34,717 bases of DNA from Octopus bimaculoides (lineage: Eukaryota), in NCBI RefSeq assembly GCF_001194135.2, contig NC_068999.1, forward strand, positions 19,150,908-19,185,624. Direction: 5' to 3'. The notes below the pieces were generated by a model. That model made no database searches. It was not told where the DNA came from and saw only the letters and a list, made by a program, of their open reading frames with translations. The position numbers and the translations under genes are program-made. Below, piece by piece: positions 25,140 to 34,717 of this stretch (positions are counted from its first letter, which is position 1; the number at the start of each line of letters is the position of its first letter).

Positions 25140-25600
25140 GTTTATGCACATCTGGTGACACTGGTAACGTACTAAGGTGTCAGCAGTTCACTACCAGTGA
25201 ACTAAGGTAACACTCTACATTTTTTCAGCACCATCCGGTATACTCGAGCGGTTCCAAGCAGCTGCTACGCCGCTATTGCAGCCCATATTTGTCCCATATA
25301 CTTCTGTAGGTGTTTACTCACTGTTATCAGGGTTCCGACATTTAGTCATATTACTACTGTCTTTTCCAGCTAACCTGTCATATCTATCGACTATTCCTTC
25401 GTGCTTATCGCATACCTTATTGTCAGCTGAGCATGCTATATCTATGATCCAGCATAGTTCCCATTCTTTCTTAATTAAGACTATGTCTGGTCTCCAATCG
25501 CCTATATCATAGTCGCACTGAATCATAAAATCTCATAGGATCTTTGCATTATCATTTTCGATGATGCCTTCGGGTCTATGTTCGTACCAGATTTTCATCT
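25140..25600 (-). mobile_element. 5'-truncated non-LTR retrotransposon 3' end, restriction-like endonuclease (RLE) domain, R4/Dong-like
   Basis: Minus strand: WYEHRPEGIIENDNAKIL*DFMIQCDYDIGDWRPDIVLIKK..LCWIIDIACSADNKVCDK...RYDRLA...VSKHLQKYM...LLGTARVYRMVLKKM*. This gives the RLE motifs RPD / IID / K..Y and the C-terminal LGTAR, then a short 3' UTR and (TAA)n. Confidence 0.88.
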
Positions 25601-25722
25601 GTGAAGACCATACTGAAGCAGTCGCTGAGTATCCCACCCATGAGAGATCGAAGCTAGATGTGTCGAATCATTTGTCGTAATTAAAAAATTCTTGTATATC
25701 GCATACTCCGTTTTCATATACC

Positions 25723-26037
25723 ATATATATATATATATATATAAATNNNNNNNNNNNNNNNNNNNNNNNNNNNNNNNNNNNNNNNNNNNNNNNNNNNNNN
25801 NNNNNNNNNNNNNNNNNNNNNNNNNNNNNNNNNNNNNNNNNNNNNNNNNNNNNNNNNNNNNNNNNNNNNNNNNNNNNNNNNNNNNNNNNNNNNNNNNNNN
25901 NNNNNNNNNNNNNNNNNNNNNNNNNNNNNNNNNNNNNNNNNNNNNNNNNNNNNNNNNNNNNNNNNNNNNNNNNNNNNNNNNNNNNNNNNNNNNNNNNNNN
26001 NNNNNNNNNNNNNNNNNNNNNNNNNNNNNNNNNNNNN

Positions 26038-26097
<60 letters not shown>

Positions 26098-26100
26098 GTG
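25723..26100. repeat. (TA)n and (TG)n microsatellites around N-gap 25747-26037
   Basis: Direct read. Confidence 0.95.
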
Positions 26101-27075
26101 CACAAACATAAATAAATTGTTCATTTATAAGCAGTTGAAAATAAAGACGTATAATTATACCGGCAACTCAATATACCAAAATAGTAATATATAATATGAA
26201 AAACTGAATAACTGAACAAATATGTAGGAGGGAGCATCAGAAGAAAAAAAATTAGAATATACAAATACGGAGCGGCATGTAAAGAATGAACAAATCTGAA
26301 GAACAATTCCGTTAGGCATAGCTTTCAAAATTCTTATCCTTGGTCTTCTCTTCACATCTTTGCAAGAGATGCCAGGATTTAACATAGGCAGCTTCGACGG
26401 AACACGACCAGTGATTTAGAGACCTTCGTTATTTTCTTCTGGCTTTCAAACGTGTAGCTGACACTTGGTATTCAATATGAGATGTATGAGATGCTACTGA
26501 ACGAAAATAATTTTACTCATCTTAAAAGCCAACATTTTCTCCATAGTTTCGAAACAGTAGCTTTGTAGTAAGAACAGAAATATCATGAAAATATTCACCA
26601 ATGCATGAACTTATACTTCTTTAAAAGAGTCCCCAGTGGAACATCAAGGAAGACTTATTTTGTAAAGAAACGTAAATATACAAATATTTCTTGTTACCTT
26701 TGTGAAAAAAAGGTGAAATGTAACAACCCAAACACCTATGGAAACTTTTTTCTTTATGAAAAGCAATTCTTCTTCATTTCGTACACTGTTTCTATGAATT
26801 AGTCTCAGTCGAAATTGTCAAAAATCCTCTTGCAGCCTCAATGGTGTATAGTCATAAATTACTAAATGATGTTTATTGTTTTTAGTATATGCTGCTTTTC
26901 TAAAAGGTGTCATGGGAGAAAGCCAAAAGCACAAAATATTCTATTGGGAATCCTGAACGTTTGGCTAAACATCAACACGTAATGATTTATTCAAGTATCA
27001 AGTGAAGACATAACTATAAGTAAAGGTAAAAGCTGATAAATGAACAAAAAACACAATCGGAGATACACAGACAAT

Positions 27076-27077
<2 letters not shown>

Positions 27078-27127
<50 letters not shown>

Positions 27128-27149
27128 TGTGTGTGTGTGTGTGTGTGTA
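27078..27149. repeat. (TG)n microsatellite
   Basis: Direct read. Confidence 0.95.
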
Positions 27150-28359
27150 TGTCGACGTTATTTAGCTGAAAGCGACAGCCATTTTAAGTTTGACGAGCAA
27201 ACGCCCGTGTAGAGTGCCGCTCGATTGTTTAATAACTTCATTTCAATAACACAGTAACAAAGTTAATACATAAACAATTATATTTCTACACCAGCTGAGA
27301 AATTATATTGTTTCTAGCCCAAAATGCATTCTCCTTAACTTTTATCGGCATATATGGAACCATTTTCTCGCTGTTTTCTGTGTAACGTATATTTTGAGAC
27401 GCAACTGAAGATTCTAATTTTAGAAACTGAAACACATCGAATAATGATTGGTGTCTTATCAAGTGATTACGTTTTATTTCTGATTCCATTACACGTATGT
27501 ATTTATTGAGGTAAACTGTTTATGCAAATTTCGATTTGCTATATTTTGTCATCATTTTTGTTTGCTCATAACTTTAAATTGGACATCTTATAAGTGTTCT
27601 GAAAATGCATTTAAGTAGATTTACGTAGAGTATTGCCCTGATTTCGACAAACAGAAACATATAACAACATTACAGAAATATATGGTAATCAAAAGAAAAA
27701 ACGTATAATGCCTGACAAGATAGATTTGTAAAACTATGTAACGTATATATATATAACGATTTCTCTAAAAGAAAACAAAGCACACATTTCTAATAAATGC
27801 ATTCAGCATTTGCAGATTAGGTGTTTCGCTCTAAAGTAAAGATGCGTTTATTAATAGTTGTAGGACACTAGTATTAGTATTGCACAACAGGTTCAGCCGT
27901 TTAATAAATTCCGAAGAAATGCAGAATTGTAAACACCACATTTGGCAAAAATACTCATCGGTTATTTTTGGTTTGATTATCTTCAAAGGCAAAAAAATTA
28001 ATAAAAATTACTAATTTCCCGATAAGCATGTGGTTATATAATTTTGTTCAAGTTCACGTCTGCGTGTGTATAAATCATGGTGTACTTATGCGCGTATTTA
28101 TACTCCCGGGAGTTTAAATACTTATAGTGATGATACTTATAAAAAAATAATAATTCAGTTCAATTAAAAAGCATGCCTTTATTTTCTTTACATTGAAGAA
28201 TGAAGGTCATCATTTATTTATGCATTTTCATATCTGTATATGATTCACCGGAAGTTTTTCCGTAACGACTAAATTTCATAGATACGCGATAAACACGGCT
28301 AGTTGTATATGAGTGCAACTTAATGAGGTAAAGTGTTAGTGATTTGTATAAGTAGCGTA

Positions 28360-29085
28360 TTAGTGACAAGTAGCTGAGATAACTGTTTCGGCTATAACCA
28401 GAAATTGTTTGAAGAAACAGTAAAATTAGTAACAATGTAAAGTTTATCGCCACTTAAACATGGCTGTTCCGTAGGAACCGAAGTTACAGTTATTTGTAAC
28501 TCCAGAACACATCTTCCAGCTGTTCATTCGATGCAATCTGCACCCGATATATATTGCAAGCAGAAAAGAGAACTACAACCAACTTCTCTACATGAGACCA
28601 CTAGAAAGTTTCGATTGCTTTGTGGTCATTCTCGGTGGCAGATACTCGTCCGCTAGAGACAGCAGTAATTCACCCCAGCTCTAAATACATAGAAAATAGA
28701 TGAAGCACAGTCACAAATTAATAAGTTGAGAAAATCTGTATAACAGATGAAAGCAGTAATTATACTGAGAAGTAATATTTATAGAGATTAAAACATGGCT
28801 GTTCCGTAGATATCCACGTTACTGCTTTGTTTAATCCGACGAGGACGCCTCTTCGAGCTGGTTATTCGATGCAATCTTTATCCGATGTATATTGCAAGCA
28901 GGAGAGTGAACTCCTCCTATCTTCCATCCACGAAACCAAGAGACCGTACGGTGTCGACCTGCTTGTGGTCATGAGCGGTGGTAGATACTTCTCCGCTAGA
29001 CGTAGCAGCAGTTCACACCAGCTCGCAGTATAGAGAACCTAAGTCACGCTCTTCTAACAAGCAAATTAGATGGTTGAGAAACTCA
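28360..29085. repeat. Diverged tandem duplication, unit about 335-345 bp, two copies plus the start of a third
   Basis: Identical blocks at offsets 335-343: aaacatggctgttccgtag (28456/28791), attcgatgcaatct (28526/28864), tatattgcaagcag (28550/28888), tccgctaga (28649/28992), ccagctc (28675/29018). Confidence 0.9.
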
Positions 29086-29094
29086 CTAGTGGTG

Positions 29095-29119
29095 TATGTA
29101 TGTATGTTANNNNNNNNNN

Positions 29120-29152
<33 letters not shown>

Positions 29153-29240
29153 ACACACGCATATAAATTTATATATATACATAAATATGTATGTATCTAT
29201 TTATGTATGCGTGTAGGTATGTATGCATGTATGCGTGTGT
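29095..29240. repeat. (TATG)n-rich simple repeat around 10-N gap 29110-29119
   Basis: Direct read. Confidence 0.9.
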
Positions 29241-29525
29241 CGATGTTAATTCATCGCAGATTTCACTTACTTGCGCAGAGCTCTGGCCAATGCATTCCAG
29301 TAATGACCGTACTGTAATATGTTATATGTAGCACACCACGATCTTTCCCTTTTATACACGCTCTTTAAATCTTTCTGCTAATTTATATTTCTTAATAAAC
29401 GCAATTGAAATAATTGACAGCTTTAACGTTTTACAGTCAATAATTTGATCTAAATTACTTAGAATAAATATAACTACAGTAAGAAAAAAAGACTTGCTAA
29501 TAATGAATTACTTTTGTGTCTTATA

Positions 29526-29551
29526 CTAGTTTCTACCCCGCCGAATCGGCC
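29526..29551 (-). mobile_element. Possible Helitron 3' terminus
   Basis: The minus strand reads GCCG-ATT-CGGC hairpin, 10 nt, then CTAG|T. That is the Helitron 3' layout (GC hairpin about 10 nt before CTRR, inserted before T), though the hairpin is short. Confidence 0.4.
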
Positions 29552-31429
29552 TATGATCAAGTCTATATGAACACGCACGCGTCGCATTGTTGATGCTTAT
29601 GTTGTTATAAAATTGTAGAGCTGTCTGAAATGAAAACTGAAGCATTTGTCTTCAAGTAGACCAATAAGCATACGTTCGCGCCGCCATAGAGAGTTTTTTT
29701 TTCTTTTTATGACAAACAAAAAAGATTTTGAACATAATTTAAAGTGAAGTTTCATTATCGTAATCTGCTCGAATAAATCGACGTTTTATTTAAGCAAACG
29801 TGAAATTTATCCCCAACGAAATGTTTGTAAATAATGTGCAGTTGCCTACGTTTTTCAGTTTCTCTTTTACACAAACTGAAAAGTTTTCCTTAGCATATAG
29901 GTTAGGAACTTTATTACATGTTTGTGTTTCTATACACAACTATACATTGCGTCTGGCCATAGTATAAGTCCAGCCATGTTTGTGCTGCTCTGTTTTCAGT
30001 ATATCAAGCACATGAACGGAAATTATTTTGTCCAACAATAACACACGACATTACGTCCATTGAAGATAATATTTGGAACAACATACATACGCTCACAAAT
30101 ATACACGTTTATGTTCACGCAAACACGTACATACACATGTAGATGTGTGTGTATATATATATATACATATATATATATATGCATGCATACACACATACAT
30201 ACATGAGTAAACGTGCTTCTATAGGTATTGCAATATTGTGTTGTGTCTAAAAGATAATTGCAAAACAAATCTAACGTATATACTGGAAATAGAACGTAGC
30301 CAATAGATTTCTCAATGGTTATACCAATCAATTAAAACTCCCTTAGCTATTTAAATAACACTAATGATTATAAGATTTCATACGGTTTGGTTGTTTTACA
30401 CTGATTCCGTGTTTATATATCATTCTTTGTCGCATATATGATACACAGAAAATGTCTATGCTTTCGGTTCGTTGAGCAAATCATTGTGCCTGATTAATTA
30501 GCGTCACTGATATTGCAAACAGATTCAATCACATTAAAATACATCTCGAAGTTTCCCGACGTTCTATGTTCTCTATTTTATGACGCGGTAAAATTTCTCA
30601 GATATAGTCTAAGTTGAAATGATTTGCTTACAATTTTGCTTGAATCAATTATAAAAAAGAAGTGCTTCTTTATTCCGCTATTTAACTAATTATCATTCAG
30701 CTTAGCTATTTTGATATAACTATAAATGAATATATGTGTATATGTGCGCTCCCGCGCACACACATTTATCCACACTTAGAAGTGAAGGTTCTGCTACAAG
30801 AAATTATGCTGTGGCAATTACCCCGAGAGATACTCTCGTAACGGTTTATGGTGCAAAATTCACACTTGTCTATATTCCTAGCGGGGATATACATTCCATT
30901 TTGCGCCAAGACCAACAGATCACAGGATTTCGAACCTCCTTCGTCTTGTCATTACGGACACTCGACAACAAGTGTTAGCAGCTATCCATCTCCCTAACAG
31001 AGATGAATTACTTTATGTAATACTTGAGCTTTTTATATGATAGTTGGCATTCCAGAGATATCTTCTTTCATAACATAGCTTATAGCTTATAGTACAAAAG
31101 TAATAAATAGTAATAAAGTAGAATCTTATTGTGGTATGCTTAGGGCCATTAAAATCTTTCTCTTTTCTTGAAATTCTAAGATAATCACGCTGACCCCAAG
31201 GCGCAAAAACACAAAGTCGTGCACAAATAAATAAATAAAAACACATACAAACGAACACCTATTAACAGAGAATATAGGTGATACAGACACTCCCCATACA
31301 CACATGCACTTACAAAAGACACAGACACATTGAAGGACACGCATGCGTAGACACATACAATAGGAATACAAAATACAAAATGGCTGATAGTTAGCAAGGT
31401 GAGACACACATAAGAAAGAAGGAAACAAA

Positions 31430-31474
31430 GGACCACTGATGAGGTCACAGAAGTGTGACGAAAGAACTCTGGCC
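31430..31474 (+). ncRNA. Minimal type I hammerhead ribozyme motif (possibly from a Penelope-like element or retrozyme)
   Basis: Stem I 5' GGACCA (31430-35); core CTGATGA (31436-42); one extra G (31443); stem II GTCACA-GAAG-TGTGAC (31444-59); GAAA (31460-63); minimal stem III AG-AA-CT; CTC cleavage triplet (31467-69); stem I 3' TGGCC (31470-74). Confidence 0.65.
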
Positions 31475-31578
31475 GAAATAAGATTAAGATTAATGTAATA
31501 TAAAGCTGAAGCAAATTAACACAAAATATACAGTGCGTGTTTTTATTGGCTAAACTGGCAATATGACCATCCCCAAGT

Positions 31579-31584
<6 letters not shown>

Positions 31585-31612
<28 letters not shown>

Positions 31613-31613
31613 T
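31585..31613. repeat. (TA)n microsatellite
   Basis: Direct read. Confidence 0.9.
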
Positions 31614-31780
31614 AATATAGAAAATCCATTTCGTGTGTCTCTCTGTATGCCTGCTTGCTTATACTCGAGTAATGTTCATCCGATCGCACTGACATTTTAA
31701 ACATATATACATGAGAGATCTCGGCGTTCTATAATCTAAAAATATTTTCCAAGTGAAAATCGCTATTTTTGTAATCTTTA
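31610..31780 (+). mobile_element. Helitron-like 5' segment starting in a TA repeat
   Basis: taatatagaaaatccatttcgtgtgtctctctgtatg...catccgatcgcactgacatttt has the same layout as the 8220 end (short leader, microrepeat, CCGAT..AAnTTT block). Confidence 0.4.
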
Positions 31781-32000
31781 AAGGCCTGTTTATTCCGCCA
31801 TAAAAACAACCAGTTGCTCAGAGAGCCGGCCTATACCTTTTCGGTAGCAACAAGTGGAGTACAGGATGACAGTCAGCCAAAACAGTCGCTATGCTGTCTC
31901 TCTTCTTTCCTCTCTCTGTTGTGTTAATAATCTTAATCATTAATTAGAGTTTCTCATTCAAACTACATAATAGGCAGAATTGTCGGATTAAGACAGCAGG

Positions 32001-32066
32001 GTGTTTTTAGGGAGATTTGGCTGCTATTTCTACCAGGTCTAGCTATTATGTAGCGGTCTGCCTCAT
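32001..32066 (+). repeat. Dispersed repeat fragment (same family as 2420-2453)
   Basis: gggagatttggctgctatttctaccaggtc; homologous in inverted orientation to 2420-2453. Confidence 0.5.
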
Positions 32067-32349
32067 TGATATTATATATTCCTTATACCTTCTAAAGCCG
32101 ATTTAGAGATTTTGACGTATAGGGTATCAAAAGATTCAGTAGTATTTTGGCTAGAAATTAAACACAATTTCCATTCACATATTTGCATTTCAAAAGTTTG
32201 ACAAAATCTTTTCCATAAATCAACTATCGTAAAAAATTTATATGATGACGTCACATTTTCTATATGTGTGTGTACTTTAAAAGACATCAATCATCACGAC
32301 ACACATCTTCACTGACTCACTCACTCTAACTTTCTTTCTCACCCTCATT

Positions 32350-32399
32350 CTCTCGCACATACACACGCGCATGCACGCACGTACGCACACGTGCACGCA

Positions 32400-32432
<33 letters not shown>

Positions 32433-32440
32433 GCACATAT
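32350..32440. repeat. (CA)n/(CACG)n microsatellite
   Basis: Direct read. Confidence 0.9.
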
Positions 32441-32621
32441 ACAAACGTCCATTTCATATAGACGTACATACATCTTTCTTTGTTCTTTTCGGTTTATCTT
32501 CTTGCAATGTCTACTCTCTTGAAATAATTTTTTTTACGGATACCACTGCTTACAAAAATAAGGATTAATGTATAATTTATCTGTATGTTCATAATTTTTT
32601 GTTAACAATATTAGGAAAAAT

Positions 32622-32900
32622 ATGCCACCAAAGAAAAGATCTAATCTTTCCAGAAGCAAGTATAAAGCAAGGAGGATTGTAGAAAACCGTGCTCGCCAGT
32701 CTGAAGAGAGAAGCTAGATGAGATTTTCTCAACATCACAAATGCATGCTGCAGCATTTAATGCCGAATCATTAAATCAATGTCCTGTAGAATAGCTCTCA
32801 GAAACAGACTACGTACAAATTGTTTCTTCACAACACCTGAAGCTGTTTTCAGATATGATCCATCCCATTCTTATAATAATAATAACTCTCTCCAAATTGG
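32622..32900 (+). mobile_element. Helitron Rep/helicase N-terminal coding remnant
   Basis: ATG at 32622 gives MPPKKRSNLSRSKYKARRIVENRARQSEERS*. Downstream, RIALRNRLRT...EAVFRYDPSHSYNNNNSLQIG (in ORF 32779..33090) matches the invertebrate Helitron N-terminal pattern MP.KRSNL.R...ARR...R...EE and AF.YDP..DY......IG. The sequence stops before the zinc finger. Confidence 0.65.
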
Positions 32901-33229
32901 TGTGCGTCAAAGTTCAATGGCAATTCTATCACCTCACTGGTTCCCTGTTACCCACAAACTTTTGATGTTCCACTCTCTAGGAAACAAATTTAGCCCGGAA
33001 TTTTCCTACATCTTCCGTAACTATAGTATTCTTTTTAACACACTCGGCAACACTGGTCACCTACCGCGGAATATAGATAAAGAAAAATAACCTGCAACCT
33101 TCCGCTTCAATAAATCAGTATTGTTCCTGAAGGTTGTTCTTTTTTTATATATTTACTACGGAGTGCTTGAAGGTAATATTCTTCCTACGCTTCGGTACTT
33201 GGACCTTATACTTATAGGTATGTACGTAT

Positions 33230-34025
33230 TTATGTGTGTATACATACATACATACATACATATATANNNNNNNNNNNNNNNNNNNNNNNNNNNNNNNNNN
33301 NNNNNNNNNNNNNNNNNNNNNNNNNNNNNNNNNNNNNNNNNNNNNNNNNNNNNNNNNNNNNNNNNNNNNNNNNNNNNNNNNNNNNNNNNNNNNNNNNNNN
33401 NNNNNNNNNNNNNNNNNNNNNNNNNNNNNNNNNNNNNNNNNNNNNNNNNNNNNNNNNNNNNNNNNNNNNNNNNNNNNNNNNNNNNNNNNNNNNNNNNNNN
33501 NNNNNNNNNNNNNNNNNNNNNNNNNNNNNNNNNNNNNNNNNNNNNNNNNNNNNNNNNNNNNNNNNNNNNNNNNNNNNNNNNNNNNNNNNNNNNNNNNNNN
33601 NNNNNNNNNNNNNNNNNNNNNNNNNNNNNNNNNNNNNNNNNNNNNNNNNNNNNNNNNNNNNNNNNNNNNNNNNNNNNNNNNNNNNNNNNNNNNNNNNNNN
33701 NNNNNNNNNNNNNNNNNNNNNNNNNNNNNNNNNNNNNNNNNNNNNNNNNNNNNNNNNNNNNNNNNNNNNNNNNNNNNNNNNNNNNNNNNNNNNNNNNNNN
33801 NNNNNNNNNNNNNNNNNNNNNNNNNNNNNNNNNNNNNNNNNNNNNNNNNNNNNNNNNNNNNNNNNNNNNNNNNNNNNNNNNNNNNNNNNNNNNNNNNGTT
33901 TTATATATGTGCGTGTGTGTCTGTGTGTGTGTGTGTATATGCATGTACGTGTGTATACATGTATATGTGTATGTATGTATGTATGTATGCATGTATGTAT
34001 GTATGTATGTTTGTATGTATGTATA
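33230..34025. repeat. (TACA)n/(TATG)n/(TG)n microsatellites around N-gap 33267-33897
   Basis: Direct read. Confidence 0.95.
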
Positions 34026-34216
34026 TAGGAACACTATTAATAATCCATGACTGGAATTTATGAACATTTAATGCATCGCTACGTGCGTGTCCACAGATTA
34101 CATGCTTGTGAAGGTTATATTCCGTATTCACGGGATGCTTACAATACAGTCCGTAATATCCATGGACATCGGGTGAATAATATCTATGACTTCATTAATA
34201 CAGGCGATATGGTGAT

Positions 34217-34717
34217 ATTATTATTTTTTTTTTTTTCAGTAGTTTTATTTTTATAACGTTCTTTCACTTCACTACCGAGCGCAGCTCTGTGTGCCTTGGG
34301 TATGTGCTGTGGTTTGCTGTGATGCTCTTATGGTTACTGTATTGAAAGTGTTTTTCGTAGGGTGTGCAGTAACCAGTAGTGCAATTTTCTGTATGTCATA
34401 TATATTTGTAAGTACTGGTGTTTTTGTTATGTATTTGTCTGAATATTTTTTTATTGTACCTAAGGCACCTACTATGATAGGAATTGTTTCTGTTTTTAGA
34501 TTCCACATTCGAGTTATCTCTATTTCCAGGTCTTTGTATTTTGAAAGTTTTTCCATTTCTTTTAGAGAAACGTTGTCATCTGCTGGTATTGATACATCAA
34601 TTAGAAAGCATTTTTTTTCTTCATGATCTTTGACAACTATATCTGGTCTATTTGCCTTAATTTCTCTATCTGTGTGTATTGGCATATCCCAGAGTATGGT
34701 TGCTTTCTCGTTTTCTG
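34217..34717 (-). mobile_element. Non-LTR retrotransposon 3' end, RLE domain, R4/Dong/Rex6-like; continues beyond the window
   Basis: Frame open from the window edge: ENEKATILWDMPIHTDREIKANRPDIVVKD...LIDVSIP...EKLSKYKDLEIEI.RMW...PIIVGALG...QKIALL.TAH. One base is missing relative to the family pattern AHILRKTLSIQ* (stop at 34336-34334). The 3' UTR ends in A13 plus TAATAAT. Confidence 0.93.

Noticed and set aside
27404-27436. CTGAAGA-hairpin-GAAAC resembling a hammerhead (weaker similar cases at 23196 and 32700)
   Set aside because: Stem II is not adjacent to GAAA (or GAAA is absent), and no stem I or NUH arrangement can be formed.
30022-30036. 15-bp match (attattttgtccaac) to the reverse complement of the Tc1 TIR
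   Set aside because: Lacks the terminal CCTG-TA, lies 26 kb away, and has no flanking transposon sequence; treated as chance.
30920-30990. aggatttcgaacct resembling a reversed tRNA B-box
   Set aside because: No cloverleaf and no clear A-box; at most a decayed SINE head, too weak to list as a feature.
34291-34626. 111-aa plus-strand ORF
   Set aside because: Antisense shadow of the retrotransposon RLE frame.
1-34717. CRISPR arrays, rRNA, bona fide tRNA genes or operon-like organisation
   Set aside because: No regularly spaced repeat-spacer array, no rRNA-like segment and no dense ORF packing; the DNA is eukaryotic intergenic or intronic.

Overview
AT-rich (roughly one-third GC by eye) eukaryotic DNA with dense microsatellites and six N-gaps, every one bordered by simple repeats. 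The repeat families and microsatellite style resemble octopus (cephalopod) genomic DNA; this is recalled pattern recognition, not a database result. I find no intact protein-coding gene, rRNA, tRNA gene or CRISPR array, and most ORFs in the track are microsatellite or gap artefacts. The window is mainly decayed mobile elements: a Tc1 transposase with one TIR (probably DD36E-type), two restriction-like-endonuclease (R4/Dong-like) non-LTR retrotransposon 3' ends running into (TAA)n, a piggyBac fossil, Helitron pieces, a possible hAT remnant and several tRNA-derived SINEs. The best leads are: a near-canonical minimal type I hammerhead ribozyme motif (31430-31474); two neighbouring minus-strand reading frames sharing an ITTEN-x3-IF-x2-F motif with synonymous-site divergence (16.4-17.5 kb); an unexplained diverged ~340-bp tandem duplication (28.4-29.1 kb); and a closely spaced inverted SINE pair (1.8-2.0 kb).
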